From the NCBI GenBank assembly GCA_034408725.1, contig JAWXCN010000165.1, positions 1 to 30,120 of the forward strand: a stretch of DNA of 30,120 nt, in the 5' to 3' direction. Both the position numbers and the translations under genes were made by a program. Positions within the stretch are counted from its first letter, which is position 1. Each line of letters opens with the position of its first letter. Below are positions 17,380 to 27,300 of the stretch, in pieces. The notes beneath the pieces were generated by a model. The model saw only the letters and a list, made by a program, of their open reading frames with translations, was not told where the DNA came from and ran no database searches. This stretch comes from Candidatus Hydrogenedentota bacterium (GTDB lineage Bacteria > Hydrogenedentota > Hydrogenedentia > Hydrogenedentales > SLHB01).

Positions 17380-18391
17380 ATGAAGTGGGTTTCAAGTCTT
17401 TTCTCATGTGCACTTTTTCTCACGCTAATCGCATTCGGTGAAACCGGTCCGCCAGCAACCAGCGCCAAAGACTTGGAATTGATCCATACGGTTTTGAAGC
17501 GCAATCAGGCATCGATTGCGAATATTAAATCTATCCGGCTGGAACAGGAGTCGGAGTTGGTCTCCGTGAATGAGACACAGGATATTCCTGAAGACCCTCC
17601 CGTCGGCGAACAGAAAGTCTCGAAACGTACTTCTTATATCAGCCGTGGCGAGTGGTTCAGGAGCGACGTCAAACGCGTCACAGAAGTCCCGGCCAAAGGA
17701 TATCGGAAAGAGTCCCGGGAACAAGTAATTCTCAACGGTACGAGCTTTATCGCAATCCTGCCTGCGAAAAAAAACGAGATCATCTCTTTCATTGAGCATG
17801 CATCAATTAGTAAGATACGGGAAATTCTGCGACCGCGTGTAGAAGGGAGCCGGCCCGAACTCGCCCTTGATTTTTCTTCGGCAACCCACTATGGATTCCC
17901 GAGTCTCCTCGAAAGTCCAAGAACGACTTGGAGCATCGAACATAAAAAGGACTGATGAAGGCAGCTTCGATATCATTTCGTCCCACAGTGCCCAGACAGG
18001 GTCTGCGTCCTACATTTTCGATTCCGACAAGAATTCTCTGCTTGTGGAAGTCGACGCCGTCGACACGAATGGCAAAGACTACTACGATCTTAAGGTAACC
18101 CTCGCCAAAATGGATGGATTGTGGTTTCCAGAATTGGTTGAAACAAAGAGCATGAAAAGAATGAGATCACCGGGAAGTTCCTTTCGATTGCGGATTGTTA
18201 AGGCAGAACTAAACGGGACGATTCCAGACGACGAATTCACTCTTGATCGCCTCGATTTCGACCGGGAGACCGCAATGATGTCTCTTTGGAGAGAGTCGAG
18301 TGCCACCACGGAACTCATGGTCTATCGAGACGGAGCATGGGCGAAACGAGAGCCGGGCAAACTGGCTCCACATTCTCAACCAAGCCATTGA
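17380..18391 (+). pseudogene. Secreted hypothetical protein (possibly LolA-like fold), split by a frameshift near 17944-17948
   Basis: The signal-peptide ORF 17380-17955 continues in the +1 frame (..DGLWFPELVE..IPDDEFTL). Removing one A from CATAAAAAGG joins the two. Could be a sequencing error. Confidence 0.65.
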
Positions 18392-18433
18392 GTCATTACG
18401 CGCAAGCCTTTCTTATAGACTTGGGGATGTTTC

Positions 18434-21304
18434 ATGAAACGAACTCACCTATTGTGGGTGTTGGCTGGAGTGACGATTGCCGTCACGGTGACATTTCTTG
18501 GCTTGCGCGATGTCGACGACCACTCCCATGCAGAGCAACCCGGGCGAAATGAAATTGCGGAGCCTGTCAAGGTTCCACCGCAACCGAGTAGCGTTCTCAC
18601 CAAACAGCCGAGGGCCCCGAAGCAACCATTAATGGGTTCTGGCGAGATTCACGGCATTGTGTACGCACTCGACGGTGGCCGCACGCGGAACGCGGAAATC
18701 TCCGTGCAACGCATTCCAGACTTCGCCCAGGTTGCTTCGTTGGATTTTACGCCCGTTCGCGTTACTTGCGATTCGGATGGCGTGTTTACGGTAACAAAAC
18801 TGCCCGATGGACCCTATGCGGTTTCCGCGCGATTGGGCGAGGCGTACGCATCCACGCGGGTCCGGCTTGCGCCCCAAGAGAACCGTGTTGAAGTAAAGCT
18901 CGTTTTGTTTCCCGGAAAGCCGATCGGCGGTCACGTCGTGAACGAAGCGGGCGAGGGCATAGACGGGGCGCGGCTTGTGCCTGTGCTCCACGATAAAGCG
19001 GAAGTCGAGCGATCCCAATCGGAAGCCTTGGCCGTGTTATCGAATGCGTCGGGCGGCTTCTCCTTTGCGGGCCTTGAACCCCACGCATGGAACTTTTACG
19101 TCACTGCCGATGGCTATGCGCCTGTACTGTCGGACGAACTTTTGGCGGATACGACTGACAACCGCATTGTCCTGAATCCGGGAGTGAAGGTATCGGGCAT
19201 CGTTATCGACGATGTCGACGGCGCGCCGCTGGGAGGTATCTGGGTCAGCGGGAGGCAAAAGGATTTGAATGTTGCGCCGGTCCGCGCATTTACCAACGAG
19301 CAGGGAGAATTTGAATTTGGCCTAAACGATGGCAACTTCATCATCGACGTCGATACGTCGCCATTCATACTTGCGGGCGGCCCCGTGCAATTGAAGATCA
19401 AGCACGGAAATACCCCGGAGCCTCTTGTGCTGCGCGCCACCGAGGGCGGGGCCATCCGCGGCCGGGTTGCCGACGGAATGACAGGCGAACCCATTCCCGG
19501 TGCGATCCTGCGCGCGCGGTCGGGAAACGAGACTTCGCGCACGCTGAGCGCGACGTCGGATGCGGAAAACGGACAGTTCGAATTCCATGGCGTTCACGAA
19601 GGCGAATACACCATCGCACCGCAATTCGTGCGCGGGTATCCGCGCGGCTCACACCAGAATAAAGCCGCCCAGGTGAGCGTCGCGCCGGGGGAATTAGTCG
19701 AGGGCGTCGAAATCCTGTTGTTTCGCGGCATCTGCATATCCGGAACGGTGATCGATGCTGCTGGCGCGCCAGTACACGGCGCGGAAGTGCGCGGACACGC
19801 AGAGGATTGGCAAGACCAGACTACCAGCGGCGAGGACGGTACATTTACACTTGCCGGGATTCCCGGCGAGCGGGACGTCACCGTTGGCGCGAACACCGCC
19901 GCTATGTCGTCGAAGAACATCGAGGTACACGTAGGTACTGAAGGCGTTTCAGATGTAACGATTAGTCTTGACACAAACCGCACCGGCTCCATAGCAGGCA
20001 CGCTTGTCGATGTATATGGTAATCCCGTGCGGGGGCGAGTGTCCGCGTGGAGTGACCAGCCATTGCCCAATATGCCGGGCATGGCGGAAACCAGCGCCGA
20101 GGGCAGATTCTTGATTACGGGATTGATAGCGGAACATTACCGCATTTTAGCGGCCATTGGCGCGGGCGGTCAGCACAACTTGAAAGAGATTAACCTGGGC
20201 GAAGGCCAAAAAATCGTGGGCCTTCAGCTTGTACTGCCCGAAGAAGCGTCGCTCTCAATTGCCGGCAAGATCGTTGATTCGGATGGTGCTCCCCTGGTGG
20301 CGTCGGTTTCGTGTTCGCACATTGCCGATACAGGCATTACGTTTTACGGTTCAACAAGCACTCTTCAAGATGGCACTTTCAAGATTGCGGGTCTACAGGC
20401 CGGGACCTACGAACTTACACCACGCACGAACGGTTTAGAAGGCGAACCGGTTCTGGTCGAAGCCGGCGATCGAGACGTAATCTTGACACTCGCCACTCCC
20501 GCGCTTCTCTACGGCGGCGTTATCGATGCTAAAACGCAGAAACCCATACCGGTTTTTGATGTTGCCGTTCTGGATCGCGCCGGCAACCCTAATCCGTCTG
20601 ATTGGCGCCGCGTTTCTAATGCAGCGGGGCGATTCGAGATGGAGTGTGATCCGGCGGACTTTGTCGTGTTTGCGAGAGCCAAGGGATATCAGCCCCGGCG
20701 CATTCGTGGCATTGACGCAAATGATGCTTCAGACCCTGTGATAATCGCGCTGGAGCCCGGAGATTTTGGCCTGCGGGGGATCGTTGCCGACAGTAATGGC
20801 AAGCCCGTGCCGGGCGCTGCGATTTTTCCAGGGCCACTTTCCCAGTACGTCGAATCCCAATTGTCGAACAGCGTAGCGTATTCCGACGAAACGGGATCGT
20901 TTGAAATCACAGATTTATCCCAAGGCGAATTGCTGCTGTCCGCGTACCACGCCCGCTTCGGGGTGGGGTCAGCATTGACGCAACTTGATGAGCGCAATGC
21001 CACCGCGTTGGTCGAGATCGTTCTTACGCCTGCTGGTGGCCTCGAAGGCTGTGTTCGAGAAGATGCCCAGCCTCTCGTGGGAGTTACAGTTGTAGCGCGG
21101 TCCGCTTCGGGCACGGTTTACTCGGCCAGAACTGACAGTGATGGATGCTTCACCCTGCCGCATGTTGTTTCGGGAGAAATTACGCTTACCGTTCAATTAC
21201 CGGGCGGGGAATCTCGTACGGATGTTTCACGTACGGTAACCGTTTCAGCAAACTCAACAACTACAGCCGATTTCGACCTGGAAGCACCGGCGGACTCTCC
21301 TTAA
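18434..21304 (+). CDS. Carboxypeptidase-regulatory-like (transthyretin/Cna-B-like) repeat protein, N-terminally anchored
   Basis: N-terminal TM helix, then many I.G.V.D..G.P..GA.V / T...G.F....L..G.Y repeats. Confidence 0.85.
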   Translation: MKRTHLLWVLAGVTIAVTVTFLGLRDVDDHSHAEQPGRNEIAEPVKVPPQPSSVLTKQPRAPKQPLMGSGEIHGIVYALDGGRTRNAEISVQRIPDFAQVASLDFTPVRVTCDSDGVFTVTKLPDGPYAVSARLGEAYASTRVRLAPQENRVEVKLVLFPGKPIGGHVVNEAGEGIDGARLVPVLHDKAEVERSQSEALAVLSNASGGFSFAGLEPHAWNFYVTADGYAPVLSDELLADTTDNRIVLNPGVKVSGIVIDDVDGAPLGGIWVSGRQKDLNVAPVRAFTNEQGEFEFGLNDGNFIIDVDTSPFILAGGPVQLKIKHGNTPEPLVLRATEGGAIRGRVADGMTGEPIPGAILRARSGNETSRTLSATSDAENGQFEFHGVHEGEYTIAPQFVRGYPRGSHQNKAAQVSVAPGELVEGVEILLFRGICISGTVIDAAGAPVHGAEVRGHAEDWQDQTTSGEDGTFTLAGIPGERDVTVGANTAAMSSKNIEVHVGTEGVSDVTISLDTNRTGSIAGTLVDVYGNPVRGRVSAWSDQPLPNMPGMAETSAEGRFLITGLIAEHYRILAAIGAGGQHNLKEINLGEGQKIVGLQLVLPEEASLSIAGKIVDSDGAPLVASVSCSHIADTGITFYGSTSTLQDGTFKIAGLQAGTYELTPRTNGLEGEPVLVEAGDRDVILTLATPALLYGGVIDAKTQKPIPVFDVAVLDRAGNPNPSDWRRVSNAAGRFEMECDPADFVVFARAKGYQPRRIRGIDANDASDPVIIALEPGDFGLRGIVADSNGKPVPGAAIFPGPLSQYVESQLSNSVAYSDETGSFEITDLSQGELLLSAYHARFGVGSALTQLDERNATALVEIVLTPAGGLEGCVREDAQPLVGVTVVARSASGTVYSARTDSDGCFTLPHVVSGEITLTVQLPGGESRTDVSRTVTVSANSTTTADFDLEAPADSP

Positions 21305-21306
21305 GT

Positions 21307-21512
21307 TTATGAAGAGTGTCGCGCGTTTTCTATTACATGTTTGACTGCGTCGGCAACGACGTCCAGTTCCGAGAACTGGGGGAAATGCCGGCTGCGGGGC
21401 GCGAACACCTGTTTTCCTTGGGGCGACATTGCGCCCGGCGCACCAACAGTTCGTCGTCCGTGGTCTGAGCAGTTTCCGGAGCCACGTAAATCCTGTCAGG
21501 TCGTTCCGCCAT
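21307..21512 (-). pseudogene. Chimeric remnant: 5' end of the ECF sigma gene joined to the 3' end of an alpha/beta hydrolase gene
   Basis: 21430-21537 matches 17104-17211 at 104/108. 21429-21307 encodes MSPQGKQVFAPRSRHFPQFSELDVVADAVKHVI, similar to LSPQGKQVIAERSGHFPQFSEPNVVVGAIREVL of the 23079 gene. Confidence 0.85.
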
Positions 21513-21544
21513 CGCGGTTTGGCATATTCCGCTCACATCCTTAT

Positions 21545-21570
21545 GATGCTACGGGATAGCCACTTGGTTT
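21545..21570 (-). promoter_or_regulatory. Putative ECF promoter, copy 2
   Basis: The minus strand reads AAACC-N16-GCATC. Confidence 0.6.
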
Positions 21571-21685
21571 AAGGGAGTGGTCAACCCAACCCCAATTTTT
21601 CGGGTAATTTAAGGTATGAATCAAATTTGATCTCCGACGATAATAAGTCGTCGATACGCGTTGGTGTTGAAATGCGTGAGAGATG

Positions 21686-22963
21686 CTAGCGCAGCGGCAT
21701 TTGAAGCGCGAGTTCCGGAAATTCATGTGCCAAGCCGTCCAGGCGCTGCGACTGCCCTTCGAGATGTTTTTGAAAGAACCCAACGACGCACGCATTGACA
21801 AGCGATACAGCTCGCCTGCCGGGAATCGTTCCAAGATCCACGCCGCTCGCGAACCATGACCACGGCCAAGTCGATCCCGCGAGCGCGACATCACTCGCAA
21901 ATGTCATATGGGCGGCGCCCCGGACCAGCCGGCGGGATCCGTAGGGCGTGCTTTGCTGCAGATCGGCGGCTCGCTTATCATGAATGCGCCAGGCCTCTTC
22001 GGCCCATGCGCGGGTCTTGCTCGCTTGAGCTAGCGCTGCATCATCGATCTTGCGGATCTCTGCCTCCAACCACATCATGGGAAGATCGATGCCCGAACTC
22101 GCTGTGGCGTCGAAATCGGTGCCGTCGATGTTGATCCCGGCGCGGAATCGCTCATCGATCTGCACGGCGCGAGCCGCGGTGGCCCCACCGAATGAATGCC
22201 CAAAAATGCCGAATCGAGAGAGTTTCAAACGGCCGGCCAGGAGTTTGTCGTCACGATTCAAACGAGCAAGCTCGTCAAGCACAAAGCGTACGTCCGCGAC
22301 CCAAACGGCCCCCACGCCCTCTGGGGGACCTGCCGATTCTGGCGAGCCGCTGGTCTTATGGTGCAACTCCCCCTGCAATCCGGCTTCGTTCACAGCCACG
22401 ACACGACCATCCGGAAACGCCGTGACGGCAATACTGTATGGATGGGAGACACTCACGACAACGAACCCGTGACTCGCCAAGTCTTCGAGAGTCGCTGTGT
22501 ACAACAGTGGAGGCACGCCTAATCCGGGCGAGAAAATCACGACCGGAAACCCTCCGTCGCGCGTCTGGCACGGGGGCTTTTCCAGGGCGTGTGACTTCAT
22601 CAATCCGAGGGCAAAAGATGGCGTGTCCACTTCTTCGGCGATACCGCGGGCCAGCGTCGTGTCGGCGTATGGCGCTCGCCGCGCCTGCGAGGCATCATCG
22701 GCGGGATAGTGAACGGTGATCATCAGTTCCCGGAAATCGTCGGGGTCGTCGCTGAAAATCTCCTTGCGCGACGCATCGATAAGGTGATAGCTCGTCCGGC
22801 CAACCTGATGCGGCCCGGTCGGAGCGGGAAAGGGAATGCCGCGCCAAACTATCGCCCCCAACGTGCCGCTGCCGGCCACGACTAATGCCAATACGATCAG
22901 CGCGAGCTTCCGCCATCGAGAGAGTTTCATGAAGCGTTGATACAAAGTCGTCCCAAAGTCCAT
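21686..22963 (-). CDS. Alpha/beta hydrolase, PAF-acetylhydrolase/dienelactone-hydrolase-like
   Basis: N-terminal TM helix, PAPTGPHQVG, PVVIFSPG, LASHGFVV, GHSFGG nucleophile elbow, INIDG and AHMTF. Confidence 0.88.
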   Translation of the reverse strand: MDFGTTLYQRFMKLSRWRKLALIVLALVVAGSGTLGAIVWRGIPFPAPTGPHQVGRTSYHLIDASRKEIFSDDPDDFRELMITVHYPADDASQARRAPYADTTLARGIAEEVDTPSFALGLMKSHALEKPPCQTRDGGFPVVIFSPGLGVPPLLYTATLEDLASHGFVVVSVSHPYSIAVTAFPDGRVVAVNEAGLQGELHHKTSGSPESAGPPEGVGAVWVADVRFVLDELARLNRDDKLLAGRLKLSRFGIFGHSFGGATAARAVQIDERFRAGINIDGTDFDATASSGIDLPMMWLEAEIRKIDDAALAQASKTRAWAEEAWRIHDKRAADLQQSTPYGSRRLVRGAAHMTFASDVALAGSTWPWSWFASGVDLGTIPGRRAVSLVNACVVGFFQKHLEGQSQRLDGLAHEFPELALQMPLR

Positions 22964-22994
22964 CGGTTTTTGGCATGTTCCGCCACAACTCTGT

Positions 22995-23020
22995 GATGCA
23001 ACGGGATCGCCACTTGGTTT
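22995..23020 (-). promoter_or_regulatory. Putative ECF promoter, copy 3
   Basis: The minus strand reads AAACC-N16-GCATC, followed by a leader homologous to that of the sigma gene. Confidence 0.6.
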
Positions 23021-23078
23021 AGGAATCGTTTAGTTCGGTCCCGATTTCAAACTATCAAGATTCCAAGTTCGAATGAGA

Positions 23079-23845
23079 TTACACGTCCGCGACGCACCGG
23101 GCTAAAACTTCCCGAATCGCCCCTACAACGACATTCGGTTCCGAGAACTGGGGGAAATGGCCGCTGCGCTCAGCGATGACCTGTTTGCCCTGAGGCGACA
23201 ATGCTGCCAGCGCGCACTGGTTGGTTGCGCGAATCGAGCGAGCGATTGCGGACAGGAGCCGGGACGGCTTTCCGCCAGTCACCACGATGAGCGGCACGTC
23301 CGGGAACGGGTCCGCGCGCTCGACGATCGCGGCTGTTTCAGGCGCTTGTGCGACCTCGCCGAATTTGTCCTTGCCAAGCACTGCGTTGATCACCACCTCC
23401 ACGATACGTTGGAATGTGCTCCTGTGCTGGGTCAACAACCGGACGTCATCCGGCGCAGTGGCGTCAAGCAACACCACCCCGGCGACTTCATCGGGATACG
23501 TGCGCGCAAACAGGTTTGCATACAACCCGCCGATTGAATGACCAACAAGCAGGTATGGCGGTGGGAGATTCGCAAGCAATAGGAGCACGCGCAACGTTTC
23601 GACCATGACGTCGCCCGTTTGCGGTTCCATTGGCCGGTCGCTCCCGCCAATGCCGAGCCGGTTATATGCGAACACCGTGCTCAGCCGCTCCAGCGAAGTG
23701 TACACCTTGTACCACCCCGCGATGGGCCCGCCAGCGCCGTTGATGAGTACAATCGGGGCGACCCCGCGCCGGAACAGATGTACTCCAGCGCGTGACCATC
23801 GATGATCGCCTTGTGTTTCGGTGGCAGAGACCGTATTCCGCTCAA
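23079..23845 (-). pseudogene. Alpha/beta hydrolase with a frameshift near 23755-23758
   Basis: AGGAG SD 7 nt before TTG 23845. ..GHALEYICSGAGSP switches frame to IVLINGAGG..GHSIGG..SGHFPQF. One extra C in the C4 run restores the frame. Confidence 0.75.
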
Positions 23846-23913
23846 TGAAACGCTCCTAATAAATGTGCATGCCAGCGAAGGTATGATGGAGATATACCAT
23901 AGGATTCCGCAAC

Positions 23914-24336
23914 GTGTGTTACAGCCTTTATCTTTCAACAAATTCAGACGCGAATCTTGCCCAGTACAATTCCGAACTGATCCGCTTCGGGCCGCTCGGC
24001 GAGCGCGATTATGCCTATGCGGATCTGCTGGCGTATCCAAACAGATGGTATGTGGGCTCGAAGTCCGTATGCAGTTGCGCGTTCCGGCACGCCGAAGAGA
24101 CGCTTGGCTTTGGAGCACCGGAGGACTGGTTCGAGGAAGAGGATGACGACATTGCCGCTACAAAGGAACTCTACACGGTGATAAAGACTTTGATGTCCTC
24201 GGGTCATAAAGTGGACTGCGTGGACACTTGGGAAGGTGTCTGCCCGACCCAGATTAACTTTCTCGAAATCCAACTTGCGGATGTTCCGGCTGACGCGTTT
24301 CGATTGTTCGAAAATTACCGGTTCACTTTCCAATAA
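23914..24336 (+). CDS. Hypothetical protein (140 aa), possibly metal-binding
   Basis: GTG start, MCYSLYLST, CSCAFRH motif and acidic tract. Fills the gap between its neighbours. Confidence 0.65.
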   Translation: MCYSLYLSTNSDANLAQYNSELIRFGPLGERDYAYADLLAYPNRWYVGSKSVCSCAFRHAEETLGFGAPEDWFEEEDDDIAATKELYTVIKTLMSSGHKVDCVDTWEGVCPTQINFLEIQLADVPADAFRLFENYRFTFQ

Positions 24337-24350
24337 AAATGTCGGGTGTT

Positions 24351-27300
24351 CTACGCCATCACAGTTCCGCCGAATTCCTGGATGAGCCACTCATCGCCGA
24401 TGCGGACCATTTTGTAGTTGGTGCCGCCGTAGGGGAAAGAAGCCCAGACGTCGGCGGATTTGTAGTCTTCGGAGATGGTGGCGCCGAAGTTAATATTGCT
24501 TCCGGGCGCGGTATGCGGGTGATTCGGCGCGTTGGTAATGATGAGATTCACAATTTCGATCGTTTCTCGAATGCGCTCGGCGTGCGTATAGGAAACCTTT
24601 GCGGCGGGCGCACCGGGGAGAGCGCGGGCGTTGTCGCGAATGCGCGCGAAAGCCTCGGCGCTTGCTTCAGTGCCGATGCGGCCCAGCGCCTCGATGGCCG
24701 CCTGGCGCGCGGCGGCATCGAGTTTCATGTCTGTTGCGACTTTTTCAAAGAATTCGATTGCGGCTTCGCCTTCCAATTGCACGAGCGCGTGCGCCATGGC
24801 GCCAACGCCGGTGTTGGATGGCGTGCTGAAGTTACGAGTGTCGTCCGCGCGCGTGGTGATAGCCTCACGAAGGATTGGTACGGCGGCGGTGTCGCCCAGT
24901 TCAGCGGCCAACGACGCGAGCAGGCTTAGTTCCCGTTCACGGAAGTTCCAATCTTGCGTGTACCCACCGACTAGATTAATTTGATCGCGGACATACGCGG
25001 CGAGCTTTTCCTTTGCGCGCATTTCCGAGATTCGGCTTTTGATTGTGTCGGGCAATATCGGTCCGCGCTCGATAGTGTTGCGCCAGGTTTGCAACAGCCA
25101 AGCAAAATCATCCGGGTTAGTGGAAAGTTGTGTGGTCAACTTTTTAGTTTCACCGTCCTCAATAGTCATGGTGACAAGCCGCAGATCGCGACCGAAAGTG
25201 CCGATGCTGAACGCGTGCGCGCCGGAAGGCAGTTGTTCGAACACAAGACCACCGTCTAAGTCCGTAACCCCGATTTTTGAAGGCTCGGTGTTGTCGTAGT
25301 TGTCCCATGCGAGGTTTGCGGTGCAGATGGGAACACCGCCCGCGGGTTTGCCGTCGGCGTCTGATACGTTCAATTCGATGGTTGCCGCGGGACGCATTTC
25401 GATATCGATAACTGCGTCAGGCTCCTGCGATGGGACAACATATTGGCGCGCAACCCTACCCATTCCTTCTGCCCATGCGACCCAACCGTAACCCAACGGA
25501 ACGGGGTCCCCGATAAAGTTGTAGATCCCTTCTTCATTCGACATCGATTTTGGCGAATAACTATCGATTGGTGCGTACAGCGCTTTCTGCGCTGATATAT
25601 GACTTTGCAGCGACTGAACGATTATTTGTGTAACCGGTGTGCCCTTCGCATCAAGGAATCGCACGCGCGGTGTAAAGAACTGCTGCGGCCTCGGCGTGTT
25701 CACAGGCGGGGCAGGACGCGGCTTCGCTTCGTTGTAATACTTCGCTTCGTTCTTGCGCACATATGTGGAGAGCGGCATGGCTTCGACTGCCGCGCCGGTT
25801 GCGGGTTGACCGGTGATGGCAGTCCAGACCGATTCACCGATGGCGAAGGGTCCGCGCTTTAAGGTGATGGCGAGAGGCGTTTCCGGATCGACGGTGGCTT
25901 TGTCGATTGCGACGATGCGCGCCTGATATTCCGGTTTGGTGATTTCGATAATGAATGGCGGTTCCGGTGTGCGATGAAACGCGAAATATCCAGCTTCGTC
26001 GCAACGGCCATGCTCGATTTTTTCGTCACCGTGAACGATTTGTAGTTGTGCGTTGATGCCTTTGCCGGTTTCATCGATAATCCGCCCCTGCAACACGCCC
26101 ATGCCCTGTTTCTCGAGAACAACCGCGATTTCGGAGTCTTTCGTCGCATCGAGATCGAAGGCGTCGTTGCCGACGACCCGGAAGAACTGCTGGGTATCAT
26201 AGCGGCCACCGTCGCGATTGACGTACACCGAAGTGGATGCGCTGAGCTTGACGCGCCCGCTTTCCACCACCTCGACCTCGAATTGGCCGGCGTCATCGGT
26301 GACGGGGTTGTTGATATGGGCTTTGCCAGACGCGTCTTCATGGGACAGGAACACCTTCACGTTTGCAAGCGGTTCACCGGCGGGGTTCTTTACGGTTCCC
26401 CGGAGGATGTGAGGTTCGACTGGCGCGGGGAAAACGATCTCGACCCCTTCGCGAAGCTCGCCTTTCTTCAGCGGACCGACCTTTACCGAGCGCGGTCTGC
26501 GTAATTGATCCGAAATGGTGATGGTGTGAGGGACACCGATTGCTTCGAGGTTTGGAATGGAGAACCGGCCATCGTCGCGTGTGTGTATTTGCGGAAGGAA
26601 TTGCGAACGCGGTGTAACCTGGACGTATTGTTTAGCGACCGGCTTTCCATCTTCTGTTACTGCGCGCCCGCGAATGGCACAGCCGTCCCCGACTTTCAAT
26701 ACGACGCCTGCGACGGAACCTTGGGAGGCATCGACCTCGAACGGTTCGCCAATGACGTAGAGTGTGGGGTTGATGGGAAGCGCCGAGATGTAATGGATGC
26801 CGCGTACATTGTTATCGATGAGGAAGACGCCTTGCTGATCGGTTGCACCCGGGTTGGACATAGCTTCGTGCTTTGAATCTCCCATGAACATTCTGGCGGT
26901 AACGGGTTTGCCAGTATCGGCGCGGACAACGGTGCCCGTGATCGTGCGCGTTTCGCGCGGCACGGGTACATGCTCGGCGGTCGCGATGGTGACGAGCGGC
27001 GGCACGGTGTCGCCGATGTGCAGCTTTGCTTCACCGGAGAAATACGGTTCCTGCTCGTAATAATTGGCGCGCAGGTGAAGGTCGGTGTCGATTGGAATTC
27101 CGAAAAGTTGAAACTTGCCGTCGCTATCCGTGCGCACGGGATCGTTACGGTTTGCGCCGTAAATTATTGCGTTCGCGACCGGCTTTCCGTTGGGTCCGAT
27201 GACAACACCTTCGATATCGACGCCCTTTTTGAGCGTGATATCGACGCTCTTCATGTCGTCACGCGGGTTTTCTGAAACCCAGGCATAGCCTTCCTTGTAA

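Noticed and set aside
17187-17504. 106-aa N-terminal extension of the sigma factor
   Set aside because: It overlaps the opposite-strand gene and the promoter. The homology of leader copy 3 ends at the equivalent of ATG 17186.
17943-17949. dnaX-type -1 programmed frameshift (T AAA AAG)
   Set aside because: The heptamer is imperfect, and the plausible continuation is in the +1 frame.
17244-21429. Autonomous integrative element or prophage between the 108-bp direct repeats
   Set aside because: No integrase, transposase or phage gene is present. It is kept only as a recombination-scar hypothesis.
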